NCBI RefSeq assembly: GCF_009914755.1
Contig: NC_060930.1
DNA from: the human T2T-CHM13v2.0 reference genome, Homo sapiens
Direction: 5' to 3' (one strand)
DNA length: 64,000 bases
Below are positions 1-12,839 of the stretch, one piece after another. The first letter of the stretch is position 1, and each line of letters begins with the position of its first letter. Made by a program: the position numbers and the translations under genes. Under the pieces are notes generated by a model that saw nothing but the letters and a program-made list of their open reading frames with translations, did not search any database and was not told the origin of the DNA.

Positions 1-339
1 ATCTAAAAATCACTTCTGTAGTCTCCCAGAATAACTGGCTCCCAATCCTTACACTTGGGAAATTATACAATATGTACTTCTCTCATACTTTATGTTATAA
101 TTTAAGCTTATTTACGATTGTTCTGTTACCAGCTAACTAATTCCTCAGATTTCTAACAAGAGTTTAGTTATCTCAAGGCTTAATAAAACATCTATGTTCC
201 CACACATACAATGTACTAGCTTTTAATTAAAACTTCTTTAAAGTGGCCTTACAAATATTCCTTACAGTCTCTTGATCAATAGAGTTCTCAAATATATCAT
301 TCAACACAGAGAAAACTATATATGCTTTTTGTTTGTTTT

Positions 340-1960
340 AAGTGCAACCTTTATAGACAGCAATTTGACATAAAAGACCTTTAAGAGATATTCATGAATA
401 AAACATCAAAAGCAATTGCAACAAAACCCAAAATTGACAAATGGGATCTAATTAAACTAAAGAGCTTCTGCACAGCAAAAGAAACTACCATCAGAGTGAA
501 CAGGCAAACTACAGAATGGGAAAAAATTTTTACAATCTATCCATTTGACAAGGGAATAATATTCAGAATCTACAAGGAACTTAAACAAATTTACAAGAAA
601 AAAACAAACCCATCAAAAAGTGGGTGAAAGATATGAACAGACACTTTTCAAAAGAAGACATTTATGCGGCCAACAAACATAAAAAAAAAGGTCATCATCA
701 CTGGTCATTAGAGAAATGCAAATCAAAACCACAATGAGATACCATCTCACGCCAGTTAGAATGGTGATCATTAAAAAGTCAAGAAAAAACAGATGCTGGA
801 GAGGATGTGTAGAAATAGGATGTTTTTACACTGTTGGTGGGAGTGTAAATTAGTTCAACCATTGTGGAAGACAGTGTGGTGATTCCTCAAGGATCTAAAA
901 CTAGAAATACCATTTGACGTGTCAATCCCATTACTATGTATATATCCAAAGGATTATAAATCATTCTGCTACAAAGACACAGGCACACGTATGTTTACTG
1001 CAGCACTATTCACAATAGCAAAGACTTGGAACCAACCCAAATGTCCATCAATGGTAGACTGGATAAAGAAAATGTGGCACATAAACACCATGGAATACTG
1101 TGCAGCCATAAAAAAGGATGAGTTCATGTCCTTTGCAGGGACATGGATGAAGTTGAAAACCATAATTCTCAGCAAACTATCACAAGAACAGAAAACCAAA
1201 CACCACATTTTCTCACTCATAAGTGGGAACTGAACAATGAGAACACATGGACACAGAGAGGGGAACACACACCAGGGCCTGTTGGGAGGCAAGGGGAAGG
1301 AGAGCATAAGGAGAAATACCTAATGTAGACAACGGGTTGACGAGTGCAGCAAACCACCATGGCACATGTATACTTATGTAACAAACCTGCACATTCTGCA
1401 TATGTATCTCAGAACTTAAAGTATATTTTAAAAAAAGAGATACATACCTTCTGATCTGGGAATTCCATGTCTACAAATGTATACTAAATAAACCATCAGG
1501 TATGTATAAAAGATACAGCTTTAAAAGATGCCTAACTCATTACACTATTTAAAACAGAGAAAAATTAAGTATTCTCAATATTCAATAACCAGTAATTTGC
1601 AAAATTACAGCAAATCAATTTAATGAACAATAATGCAGTCATTAAGAATAATATTATTTTAAAACATTTTATGGAAGATATTTACAATATGTTAAGTAAA
1701 ATATGCAGGTTATAAAATATTAAACCCACTTATGAAAAATACATATTTGTGTTAAATAATTATATCTGTGTAAATGTGTGTATATTCACATATGCACACA
1801 CATACACTTGTACATATGACTGGAAAAATATGTAGCAAAATCTTAACGGTATATTATCTGGTGGGCTGTAATTGTCTTCTAGGTTTTCAAAAAAGTTTTT
1901 GCATATGTACAGTTTCTGAGAGTTCTATAATGAATAGGCATTAGATTTGCACATTTTTAT
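340..1960 (+). mobile_element. Old L1M (L1ME/L1MC-like) relic interrupted by the L1PA above
   Basis: GTGCAACCTTTATAGACAGCAATTTGACA before the L1PA continues as ATACCTTCTGATCTGGGAATTCCATGTCTA after it, resembling the L1M consensus. Boundaries approximate. Confidence 0.6.
391..1434 (+). mobile_element. 5'-truncated LINE-1 3' end (L1PA7/L1PA8-like): ORF2 C-terminus remnant plus 3'UTR
   Basis: ORFs 394-627 ([19 protein letters not shown]) and 919-1233 (TRMFTAALFTIAKTWNQPKCPS) are L1 ORF2 peptides broken by frameshifts. The 3'UTR ends AGAACTTAAAGTAT + A tail. TSD AAGAGATA at 383-390 and 1435-1442 after TT (endonuclease-type site). Confidence 0.95.
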
Positions 1961-2799
1961 TAAAACAGAGACTACATGAATACTATCTTACAAGAGGAAA
2001 ATCAAATGAATAATGATAAATAGTAAATAAACACAAGCGTGTTTTTTAAATCTTTTAAAAATAAATTCTATTTGTATTTATAGGATACAAATAGGATCCT
2101 ATAAATAACTAAATATTTCAAAAAACACAATACAAAAATTGAGTACTTCTTATTCCAATTCATTAAAAAAGAGAAAGGCAGAGAAGACTTAAAACAAATG
2201 ACAGTTTTTACTAAAAAGAATGGGCAAGGAAAATAACATAATCTAGTATATAGATGAATATGTAATGCCCTATGGATTTTATACATTAATTATTTTTTAT
2301 CTTTAAGTTACACTTCTATGAATAAGGTATTTACATGGGAAATTGGATTAATAGCAAAGAAAATAATTCATGATAAATAGATTTCCATACTTTCTTCTAA
2401 AACTCCTTTATATATGTATGTGTTGGTATACTTTAGTACACTAACATAATATTTGTATTGTCAGTTCTTATTTAAAATCTGTTGAATGTGCCCTATAAAC
2501 TAAAAGCAAAATTTCAATTTCTTTGCCTAGTATTCACAACTTTCCATGATCTTATCCCAAAGTAACTGGTCATTTTACCTCCCACTTCTCTTCACAAACC
2601 ACCTTCTCCAGTCTGACAGACCCCTCATTATTTTCTCCACACATCATGCCAGTTTTCTGTCCTCAAACTGTCTCACAGTTTCTAAATGTCTGATTCTGGC
2701 CCCCAATTATACATTGCTTTTGTGCCAATTTTAAATGATTTACTGGGATATCTCTTGTCAACCTCAGAAGGGTAATTTTGTTCTCTTAGAAAGCACCTG

Positions 2800-3436
2800 A
2801 ATTATTCAGAGTCCAATCAGAAGAGAGAAGCCACACAGTAAATTTAACAGTGAAAATGTAATATAAAGAATTACTACCTATAAGAAGATAGAAACTTTAA
2901 CGCTGTGAAGAAAACCTTAAAGAATAATCAAAGTACCCAAGAAAGAAACCAATATAGACAGGGGAGGTTGCTGAGAATCAGATTTCCTTAAAGAAGGTGC
3001 AGTTGCAGCTCACGGGAAGATAAAGTCTGCTGGGTCACTCAGGCCAGAGCCAATCCTGCTCTAGGGAAGCTAGGGAAACAGGACACATTCTCCCTGCAGC
3101 AGAGTGGCATGAGGCCTGGGGTATGTGTGTGCCACAGCAAGGCAGTCACCAGGCCAGGTTTGTTGCTACAAGCTCACTGAGGGACTATGTCTGCTACATG
3201 CACACAGCTCCGTCCACTGTGCAGTACCACCAACTAAAAACAAACTTAGGATCACAATTCAACCAAGAATAGATGATCCTTCTTTCTTAAGTGTCTCTCC
3301 AGTGCCCTCTACTGACAAAGCTTAACACTGTGCCAGCTGTAAAGCAGAACCGCTTAAAGGGTCAAGTGCTACTATGACAGAGCAGGTAATGAAGGACAAA
3401 TTTTAAGCTCCGGGGCAATAAATTGATAACTGGCAC
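2800..3436 (-). mobile_element. ERVL solo LTR, LTR33/LTR41-like
   Basis: The + strand ends GGCAATAAATTGATAACTGGCAC and contains GTGCCCTCTACTGACAAAGCTTAACA, the reverse complement of the family 5' end TGTGCCAGTTATCAATTTATTGCC. Confidence 0.7.
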
Positions 3437-3748
3437 CCTATCTAACAAGGGCTTTGCATACAGTAGAAGTCTAATAAACACTTGTTACTTGATTAGTTAG
3501 ATTACCAATTGAATGAGGAGACAAAGACACTAGTTAATAACATGAACAATTGAGGCAGCACTAGTTCTAACTATATGTGAGATAAATTACCAGAAAATGT
3601 CAAAACAACAACAAAAAGAAAAACAAATGAAACTAGTTTATGCTGCTTCCAAACATAAGGATTTAATGAACGAGTATAATGTTTGGAAGTACATATTTAA
3701 TGTATTTGTCAGAGTCACGCTGGTATATATAAGAAACCTTATATTAGA

Positions 3749-4241
3749 ACAAAGGTTCTCAAATGTTTTAGTCTCAGGACCCCTTTATACTTGTGATACT
3801 AAGGATATCAAGCAGCTTTTGTTTCTGAGTTATATCAATATTGACCATATTAGAATTTAAAATGGAAAAATCTCAAAAATAATAATTTAAGATTAGCAAT
3901 GATCTCATAATTTACTATATTTTCATGAAAAATAACCATTTCCCAAAATAAACAAAAAAGATAGTAAGAAGTAATAAGCATTGTTTTACTTTTTACAAAT
4001 CTCTTTAGTATCTGTCTCAATAGAAGGCAATTAGATTCTCATTTTTACTTCATCTTTCAATCTGTTGTAGTATCATACATTATGTAACCTCTGGGAAATT
4101 CTTCTATTCATTCATCAGAAAATGAAAGAGAAAAAAGGAAAACTATATTTCAATGTTATTGATAAGCAATTTTGACCTCATGGATCACCTGAAAGAGTAT
4201 GAGGGTCTACAGAGATCTTTGGATCACATGTAGAGAACCCT
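3749..4241 (+). mobile_element. hAT-Charlie DNA transposon fossil (Charlie4a/MER80-like)
   Basis: Starts GGTTCTCAAATGTTTTAGTCTCAGGACCCCTTTA and ends TTTGACCTCATGGATCACCTGAAAG...GAGAACC; degenerate terminal inverted repeats. Confidence 0.7.
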
Positions 4242-4458
4242 ATATTTTAATATACATAAATCTTTTTATCGCTCTGCTCTAATGAGAACACTATTAGTGC
4301 TTTTATTTATGTTGAGTCTACTTCACTCATTCAGTCTCTGCAGGGTATAAAGATGTACTCTATAAAATCAGTTAGAAAACAAAATCCTTCACCAGAGTGT
4401 TGGATGTCTGAAGAATGAAGATGAAAAAAGTTGAAATTTTCTACCCTAGTACGAAGGA

Positions 4459-4499
4459 TATATTAGTCAGGATTCTCCAGAGAAAAGGAATATATAGAT

Positions 4500-4534
<35 letters not shown>

Positions 4535-4994
4535 ATTACAAGGAATAGACTCATATGATTGTGGAAGCTGAGAAGTCCAGACTCAGGACAGGAGAGCTGA
4601 TGGTATAATTCCAATCCGAGCCCAAAGGCCTGAGAAACAGGACAGTCAATGGTATAAATTCCAGTTCAAGTCCAAGTCTGAGTCCAATAACCAGGAGAGC
4701 CATTGGTGTAAGTTCCAATCTGAGTCCAAGTCCAAAGGCAGGAGACTGATGTCCCAGCTTGTAAACAGTCAGACACAGAGGGATTTCTTACTCCTTATTC
4801 AACTCAGTACTTCAAGCGATTGGATGAGGCCCACCCACAGTGGGAGGGCTATCTGCTTTACTCAGTGTACCATTTCAAATGTTAATCACATCCAGAAACA
4901 TACACACACACACACATCCCTAGAAATAATGTTTAACCTAATATTCGGGCACCCTATCGCTGAGTCTAATTGACACACAAAATTGACCGTCACA
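4459..4994 (-). mobile_element. MLT2 (MLT2C/D-like) ERVL solo LTR
   Basis: TATTAGTCAGGATTCTCCAGAGAAA...GATTGGATGAGGCCCACCCAC...TTGACACACAAAATTGACCGTCACA; 5-bp TSD AAGGA/AAGGG. Confidence 0.88.
4502..4532. repeat. (AC)15 microsatellite inside the MLT2 LTR
   Basis: Directly visible. Confidence 0.95.
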
Positions 4995-5569
4995 AAGGGC
5001 TTTCTTCCACTCTAGTCTCTCAACATCAGAGAATCAGATTGTTATGTATGAGCGGAGGAGTACAGAGGACTAAGTAATATTCTATCCTCATAAGAAAAGT
5101 ATTTTTATGTGTTCTGGAGACCATCTTGAATAGCTACCAAAGCACCAACGCACTGTGCAAAACAGCTAGCTCTTGGCATTGAGTGAGATTTTCCCAGTAG
5201 TAACAAAGAACATGCCAGAAACTGTTGGTGTAAAAAAACTAAAGACACTATACAATAATATTGCTTCATGCCCAGACAGCTTAAGAAGCAATAATCAGGA
5301 TCTCTAAGTAGAAAGAAGAGTGACAAGTGAAATCATGATTTGGGTCTCAGCCCATCGGGGATATTTTTTTTCTTTGTTATAAAATTAATCTCTCTAAGTA
5401 CTTCTGTTGCTATTACCTTTGTGCTGAAGGCAATGCCATTACCCTCCTTTTCATATCGTTCATCTTTTCATTTCCTTTTTTCAAGCCTCTTCTCCTACCA
5501 CTATTTTTTTCATCTGATTAAGTGGCAACAAATATAACCAATTATTAAAACTAAGGACTCAGTGATCAA

Positions 5570-5983
5570 ACTAGGAATCAGTTTGATTTTTCCCCTTCCT
5601 TCACTTTCCTCTTTTAATTAACTAGCAATTCTCATTGTTTCTATTTTCAAGCTCTCTCCTCAATCCATTCACGTCTCTTCATATCCACTAGTTTTACCAA
5701 ACTCCTATTACCTCTCAGGAGGACAAATAGAATGGAATCCTAGCAAGTTTTATGATTTCCACACTAGCAGCCCTACAATCGTTTCTGATACATAGCCAGG
5801 TTAATTTTTTTAAATCTTTCTCATACATTGCATTGAGAATAAAATCCAAACTCTTTAGCCCCACCCCTCAGCTTCAACATGATCTGGTGCCTGCCTTCCT
5901 CTCCAACATTATTTCTTACACCTCTCTTCCCTTACACAAGATGTTTCAGATACAATGGGCTTTTTTTCTGAAAAACAAAAACA

Positions 5984-6014
<31 letters not shown>

Positions 6015-6310
6015 CAAAAAAACACCTAAGTTTATGCTTGTCTCAGTCTCCATGCACTGGACCTTCCTCTGTTTGAAATGCTCTGTCCTCAGCTGGCTGA
6101 TTTTCATCATTCATCTATTGGTGCAGCATTCCTAGGTCTGTTAAAGTAGTTCCTTCCAGGGTTCTTTCTAACATATCACTTTTTATTATTTCCTTTATAG
6201 CACTTTCCACTTACTGAATTTATTTGTTTACTTAATTGAAAAACTCCATGAAAAGTTGGGATTTCATGTATGTTGTTCATCCAAAAATCTAGAACAAGGT
6301 CTGGAGTATT
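5570..6310 (+). mobile_element. L2 LINE relic containing an (AAAAAC)n/(AAAAC)n run at 5971-6022
   Basis: GAATAAAATCCAAACTCTTTAG...CATGATCTGGTGCCTGCCTTCCTCTCC matches the L2 3' region. Confidence 0.7.
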
Positions 6311-7489
6311 CAGTTTGAAGTTGGATGTTTTATAAAAAAGTCGGACAACTATCTATTTGTGTTTCCTGCCCTGCATTCCCATAGCACTTACATAATGCTC
6401 TTTTATGTACAAAATATACCATATCTGTCTGTGCATCCCCAAAACCCTAGTGCAAGCTTTTTAAGATTAGAAACCTCTTTGGCCTCGCCAGCCCCTAACA
6501 GAGGGACTGTGTAACCTGTAAACTTGGCAAGCTCCACTGAAGGTAAGCAAAAATATTTTTTTAAGTATTGTTTTTTTTTCAAAGATAGTCAAAGAGAAAA
6601 AAAAAGAGTAAAATTTGAAATGATAATAAGCAAAATTTTCAATCTTGAGAATAACCCTAAAATACTCCATTAATTTGGTTAGACGGACATCAGTGCCATC
6701 ACTTTTTGTACAGTCTAGTTTTAATTCTTCGAGCTTTTACATTCTATTACTTCTTAAGATGGATGCTTCTCTTCTAATGAAGTCTATCCCCTACATCATA
6801 CAGTTTGTTTCTAAGACAGTATGAGGCAAATATTACAAAATGTCAGAAAAAGTTAGAAAAAGTAAACTTGTCCCCCAAACTTCAAAACAAATTAACTGAA
6901 TTTGCATCTTTGCAGGAGTCTACTTCCAACAACTTTAGTATCCGTGACATGTCCCTCCCATTGCCTTGTAAAAATATAAACCTGTTTCCTTCACAGTCCG
7001 AATGACAAAATTTCTCTTGATCTCTGAGGAAGTGCTTTGTATTTGTTCTAGGTAGCCAGTTTACATTTGAAAATAGAAAAATGTATGGATTTAAGATAAT
7101 AGCTTCTAAAAACCTTCAGGCAACACAAAAAAAACTAAAATGAAAGTTTCAGTAGAAAGTAGCAAATTTCTCCTTCTTAGGAAGTGGGTGTCCTCATGGA
7201 ATTTACCCGCTACACTACACATTAAGATTTAGAAACCTGGCCAAGCATTGTTTTATAGTTTAATCCCCTTCCCCTACTACATCTTAAGGAGACAAAAAAC
7301 AAGTACTTGGCCATTACTTTGACGAACAAAATTTCCAGTTTCATCTTTATGACATAGGAAACCTATGTCATAAATAGTTAAAAGGATTAGTGCCATCTGT
7401 TTCCTATTTAAAAGTGGCTAATTTTATAATAGGTTTTGATTTCCTTTCCAGTACCTTCCAGGACTCCAATTTTCCCTACTTCCTACACA

Positions 7490-7620
7490 TCTATTTACTT
7501 GTTTATCCTGGGCAAATAATTTAACCCCTCTCTGTCTTGTTTCCTCATCTTGAAGTGCCCACCCCACTGAGGTCTGGTGTGAGGACTAAATGAGACTACC
7601 TCCATGATGTGCGAAGGCAC
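7490..7620 (+). mobile_element. MIR fragment
   Basis: CTGGGCAAATAATTTAACC...GTTTCCTCATCT...GTGAGGACTAAATGAGA MIR core. Confidence 0.65.
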
Positions 7621-8527
7621 ACTGACGAGAGGAATAGATGGGTCTTCAATACTTGTTCCTTTAGACGTACTCATTCCTTCTTCCACCAAACAGTAAAGAA
7701 AATAAAACTAGAAAATGTATGAAGAGAATACTTTCGAAGTTTAAAAATGAGATGACAATGTTAAAGGGTGGTACACTTAAAAACTTCCAACTTAATGGCA
7801 CTTAACCTTCATAACCTTTCTTAACCCTTCCCTTCACAACTCTACCTATCCCTTTCATCCCAAAGTGAGTCAGGCCTCTTTCTCAGTCTTATCCTTCCTA
7901 TTCCTCTATAACCCTCCCTCTCTCACTCTTTCTTTGAAATCTGAAGTAAATTTAAAGTATTGTTGCCTCAACGCCCACTCCAAGAAACACACACACTTAC
8001 TTCACCAACAATTTCAAAGGACTCATTGATCTAAGTTTAAGAACTCTTGTTTTAAGATTTTTCCAATTTCTGAAATCATGGCACTCTCCTACAGCTATCC
8101 AACCTGCATAGCTTTTATGTTACATAGTAGTGAAAAGTTTTGAGAAGTAGCTGCTAAAAAGAAAAGCAACTTAAGAGAAAATAATCAGTAACATGACCCA
8201 AAAGGCAATAAAGGCTTTGTCCTGTGGCCAATTTTGTAATCATCACTCACCTTTCCAAAAGATCCAAGATTGAAATGAACAATTAAAGGTAAGAGAAGGT
8301 AGTGTGGCCTGTATTCCCTGGAAACTGCCTGAAGACTAAAAATCATGCTAACAATTCCCACCTGTTGTCTGGATATACTTCAACACTGTTAAACATTAAA
8401 GACCAGAACTGAAGGTCTAAAGAGAATGAGTGCACAACACATCTATGATTTCTATGTAAATGAATATTCTCAAAGTCAAAACATTCTACTCGGTAGTCAC
8501 ATTATTTCTGAAGGTACCAAATTTTTA

Positions 8528-9456
8528 TTTTTTGTTTCCCACTGCATATTAAAGTTATGTTTATACAATACTGTAGTCCATTAAGTGTGCAATAGCATCA
8601 TGTCTAAAAAAAAGGTATATAAGATATATAAAATATATACCTTAATTTTAGAATAGTTTATTGCTAAAAAAAAATGCTAACAATCATCTGAGCCTTCAGC
8701 AAGTCATTATCTTTTTGCTAGTAGAGGGTCTTGCCTCAATGTTGAGGGCCTTGCTCTGGATTAGGCTTTGGCTTAAGGGAATGCTGTGGCTGGTTTAATC
8801 TCCTATCCAGACTACTAAAACTTTCTCCCTGTCAGCAATAAGGCTGTTTCACTTTCTTATCATCTGGGTGTTCACTGGAGTAGCACTTCCAATTTCCTTC
8901 AAGAACTTTTCCTTTGCATTCGAAACTTGGCTAACAGGAACAAGAGGCCCAGCTATTGGCCTATCTCAGCTTTGATATGCCTTCCTCACTAAGCTTAATC
9001 ATTTTTAGCTTTTGATTTAAAGTGAGAGACCTGCAGTTATTCCTTTAAGTTGATAATTAAAGGGCCACCGTAGGGTTACTAATTGGCTTAATTTCAATAT
9101 TGTTGTGTCTCAGAGAACAGGGAGGGCTGAGGAGAGGAAGAAAGACGGGAACAGCCAGTAGGTGGAACAGTCAGAATACATACAACATTTATCAGTTAAG
9201 CTCACCATCTTATACGGGAGCTGTTCGTGGTGCATGAAAAAATTACAACAGTAACATCAAAGATCACTGATCACAGATCACCATAACAGATATAATTAAC
9301 AATAATCAAGTATGAAATATTGTGAGAATTACCAAAATGTTACATTTTGTTACACAAAATGAAATACTGTGAGAATTTCCAAAATGTTCAATTTGTAAAA
9401 CATACAATATCTGCAAAGTACAATGAGGCAAAGCACAATAAAACAAGGTATGCCTG
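8528..9456 (-). mobile_element. Internally deleted Tigger1 DNA transposon
   Basis: The + strand ends GCACAATAAAACAAGGTATGCCTG followed by TA (Tigger1 5' TIR CAGGCATACC). The transposase 5' part is fused at about 8745 to the 3' end region; the other TIR is not seen. Confidence 0.9.
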
Positions 9457-9930
9457 TAGCTGTACTGAATGATGTAAGTTTCCTTCCAACTCAACTAGTC
9501 TATTATTCTGAAAGTTCCCACTTTTCAGACAACATAACCTAGAAGAACTAAAGTACTTTTAGTACAAGAAGTACATGAAGAACAACTAGACCTTACTGTG
9601 ACTCAAAACTAATAACAATTATAACTATTCAATTTTATAACTGTAACAATGGTCACTGCTCTCCTGAATAAGTAAATGGCAAGTAATGATCAATTAGAGA
9701 AGAATTCAGATTGAACAAAGTTTTTCAACTCAGTTCTCAGGAACAAGGATCATCAGGTCACAGGGGCAGTTCAATTGGCCACCAAAGAAGTTTCTTCCTT
9801 TATTAAACTTTAAGTCCACTGAAGTTCTTAATACAATAAAAGACACTTCATGAAATATTCAAAAGGAAGGAAAAATATAATCTCCCCCATCACCCAAATA
9901 AAAGCATATTCCTGTTTATGAAATGGTTAA

Positions 9931-10275
<345 letters not shown>

Positions 10276-12839
10276 TTAACAGCCACGTTCTGTCACTTTC
10301 CACTATGTCTCCTCTCTACCATCTTACTGATGAAAATCTGAGGCCTGGAACAGATAAATGTCTTAGATATAATAAAAGCACTGTTTGAGTGGATTGTTGC
10401 AAGGATTACGGAAGTGGGAACTGTCAAAGGAAAACATCTTTTCATTTTTTTATTTACAAAGTACTATCACCTAAGCCAAAAATCGGTCTGCTTGTTTGAA
10501 ACAGTTCTGCCTTAGAGGTTCTAAGACAAGAAAAGGAAAATAAAAGCAAAAGGGAATGATAACAAAAAAAAAAAAAAAATGAGAGACTGGGCATAGCAAA
10601 ATGAAGAAAAGAGCTCAAGTAGTAGAAGGAAAAAGGGATGAAATAAGTGCTTACACTTTAAAATGTTAAGTTCTGAGAAGATGAAAGAAAAGAGAGGAAA
10701 ACAGGGTGGTAGAGAAAATAGGGTTATTTTATTTTTCATCTCACCAGTAGCTTCATAAACCATACAAATATAATAAAAGAAACTGAGATCCTAGGATATA
10801 AAAAAGTAAAAGCGAATGGTGCCATCTCCTCAAATTTTGAGACTGTTGCTTTTGGTCACAAGATCGTCAACTATAGCTCAAGGTTTTGGTATAAAATATA
10901 TACTTAAAGAAAAAAAAAACCTGAAACCCTTGTAAAATCCCCTCAGTCTACATTAACTTAAGGCAGCTTTAATGGAATTAGTGGTCTCCAATAATTGAGC
11001 AAAGTATAATATTAAATCATATCCCAGGTCTCTGGGATAGGCTATTCTACTTTCAGTGCTAGCAATGCAGTTATTTTGAAAAACAAAATTTAAAAAATAG
11101 CCAAAACACATCTGGTCAATTATGAAATGCCACATTGACCAATGGTGAGGAAAGGAAGAGCAAGCAAATACTTCTCTGATTGTAGCATACAATTAATTCA
11201 ACTTTGTCTTAACAAATACAATCACCCAAAGATATTCCTTCAACAAAACATTCCTTTTAAACATAACCAGAAAAGCTGCATGACGCAAGTGACCTCCATT
11301 CCAACAGTGTGTTTTTTTTTTGTTTTTTTTTGTTTGTTTTTTTGCCCTGAGAGCAACTGAGAATTGTACTTTAATGTTTTCATAAATGCTAACTTAAGGC
11401 TCAATGGGTAAACACAAACATTGAGAAATTGTAGAGTTTTAGTTCCCACACTAATTTTTTAAAGCTTCCCTCTGGGGTGTACTGTAGAAACTAAAATAAA
11501 AAATAACTTCAGCCAAAAGAAGTAACAGTTAGATCTCAGACCAACAATCAAGCACAGGTGTCCTTCCCCTACCCCAAGGCGCTGGGAAAATGGGAGGTAA
11601 TTTTTCTCTTACAGGAGGGAAGAAGAAACTTAATAGTTTCAAAAATTTCACTGTCACATTGTTCAATCTACTATTGTGATATACTTTCAGGCTTTCATTA
11701 ACATTCATAAGCTAAATGGATGCAACTCAAGCATACAGACAGGATCAAATTTCTCTCCCTTGAGAATAACCATAAGCAAGAATATATCTCAAACATTTTC
11801 TTCTTCTAACTAAAATACCATCAAGTATCTCCCTAAGAACTGTTTCTGTAACTAAACAAACAAATAAACAAAAACTTCTTTTCCTTTACAATGATCCTAC
11901 AAGCAGGGATTAAACTCTGCAAACACCATGAACTAGTAGTGATTGCTTCAGTGATGGTGACACACATTCACCAGTAACAACACAATTCTATTGGTTGAAG
12001 CAATTAACTGCATGCTCAAGCACAAGTAAGAATCATACATTCCATCTGGTGCTCAAAAATCCTCGCAAACTTGGTCCATAAAAACCTTGCCATGCTAACT
12101 TGCCATGAACCACCAGCATGAACTCATAGCTCATTAACAGTTCATGGTTCATAATAATAATAAAATAAGCATTTTTGCCTGGTGTGCCCCTTCTTCTTGC
12201 AAAGCTTGTATTCTCTTTTCTCCCCTAAGAACCTTTATTCCTACCTTCTTCATAAGCTCTTATGTCTGATTATACAACTTTTTAGTTAATAAACAAATTT
12301 ACATTGCCCACTTTGTATTTGTTAGAATGTGTAGAATTTTCCAAGCTCAGCAGTAAACTTCTTAAGGGCTATTACCTCTCATTAGGCCTTTCTGTGTAGT
12401 GATCTACAGAAAGCTGATACTCCATCAGTGGAAGTGTTGATGGTGACTTACTGGCATATAAATAATTAAAAGAATAGCTTAAGACAGTAAAAATATTTAA
12501 TTTACCCAATCCTCCAGTGAGAAAGTTACTGAATATGTAAAGTGCTAAATATTGTACAGGAAAACGTGAAGTGGAGAAGGGTTAAGTAACCTGCTCAGAT
12601 CTCAGTTTGAACCTAACAATAAACTTATCTCCCTTAGCTCCTATATTATGCCACCTATCAAAGTGAACAAGAAGTTTATCAGCAAAAGGATCATGTGATG
12701 TAAATATTGTTAAAATTGCATTGAAAACCCATGAGGATGAATCTGAAATACTCTAACAGATACCATTTCAGTACTTTTCCTTCATGGGGCTTCTTCTGCA
12801 TGGATGCAGCATCACACGAGTAATCAAAGCATCAACAAA

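Noticed and set aside
394-1233. ORFs 394-627 and 919-1233 as genes
   Set aside because: They are frameshifted L1 ORF2 C-terminal remnants of a 5'-truncated element.
4585-4745. Three repeated GGAGAGC..TGGT.TAA.TTCCA units resembling a spacer array
   Set aside because: This is the internal tandem structure of the MLT2 LTR. It is not CRISPR, and the DNA is eukaryotic.
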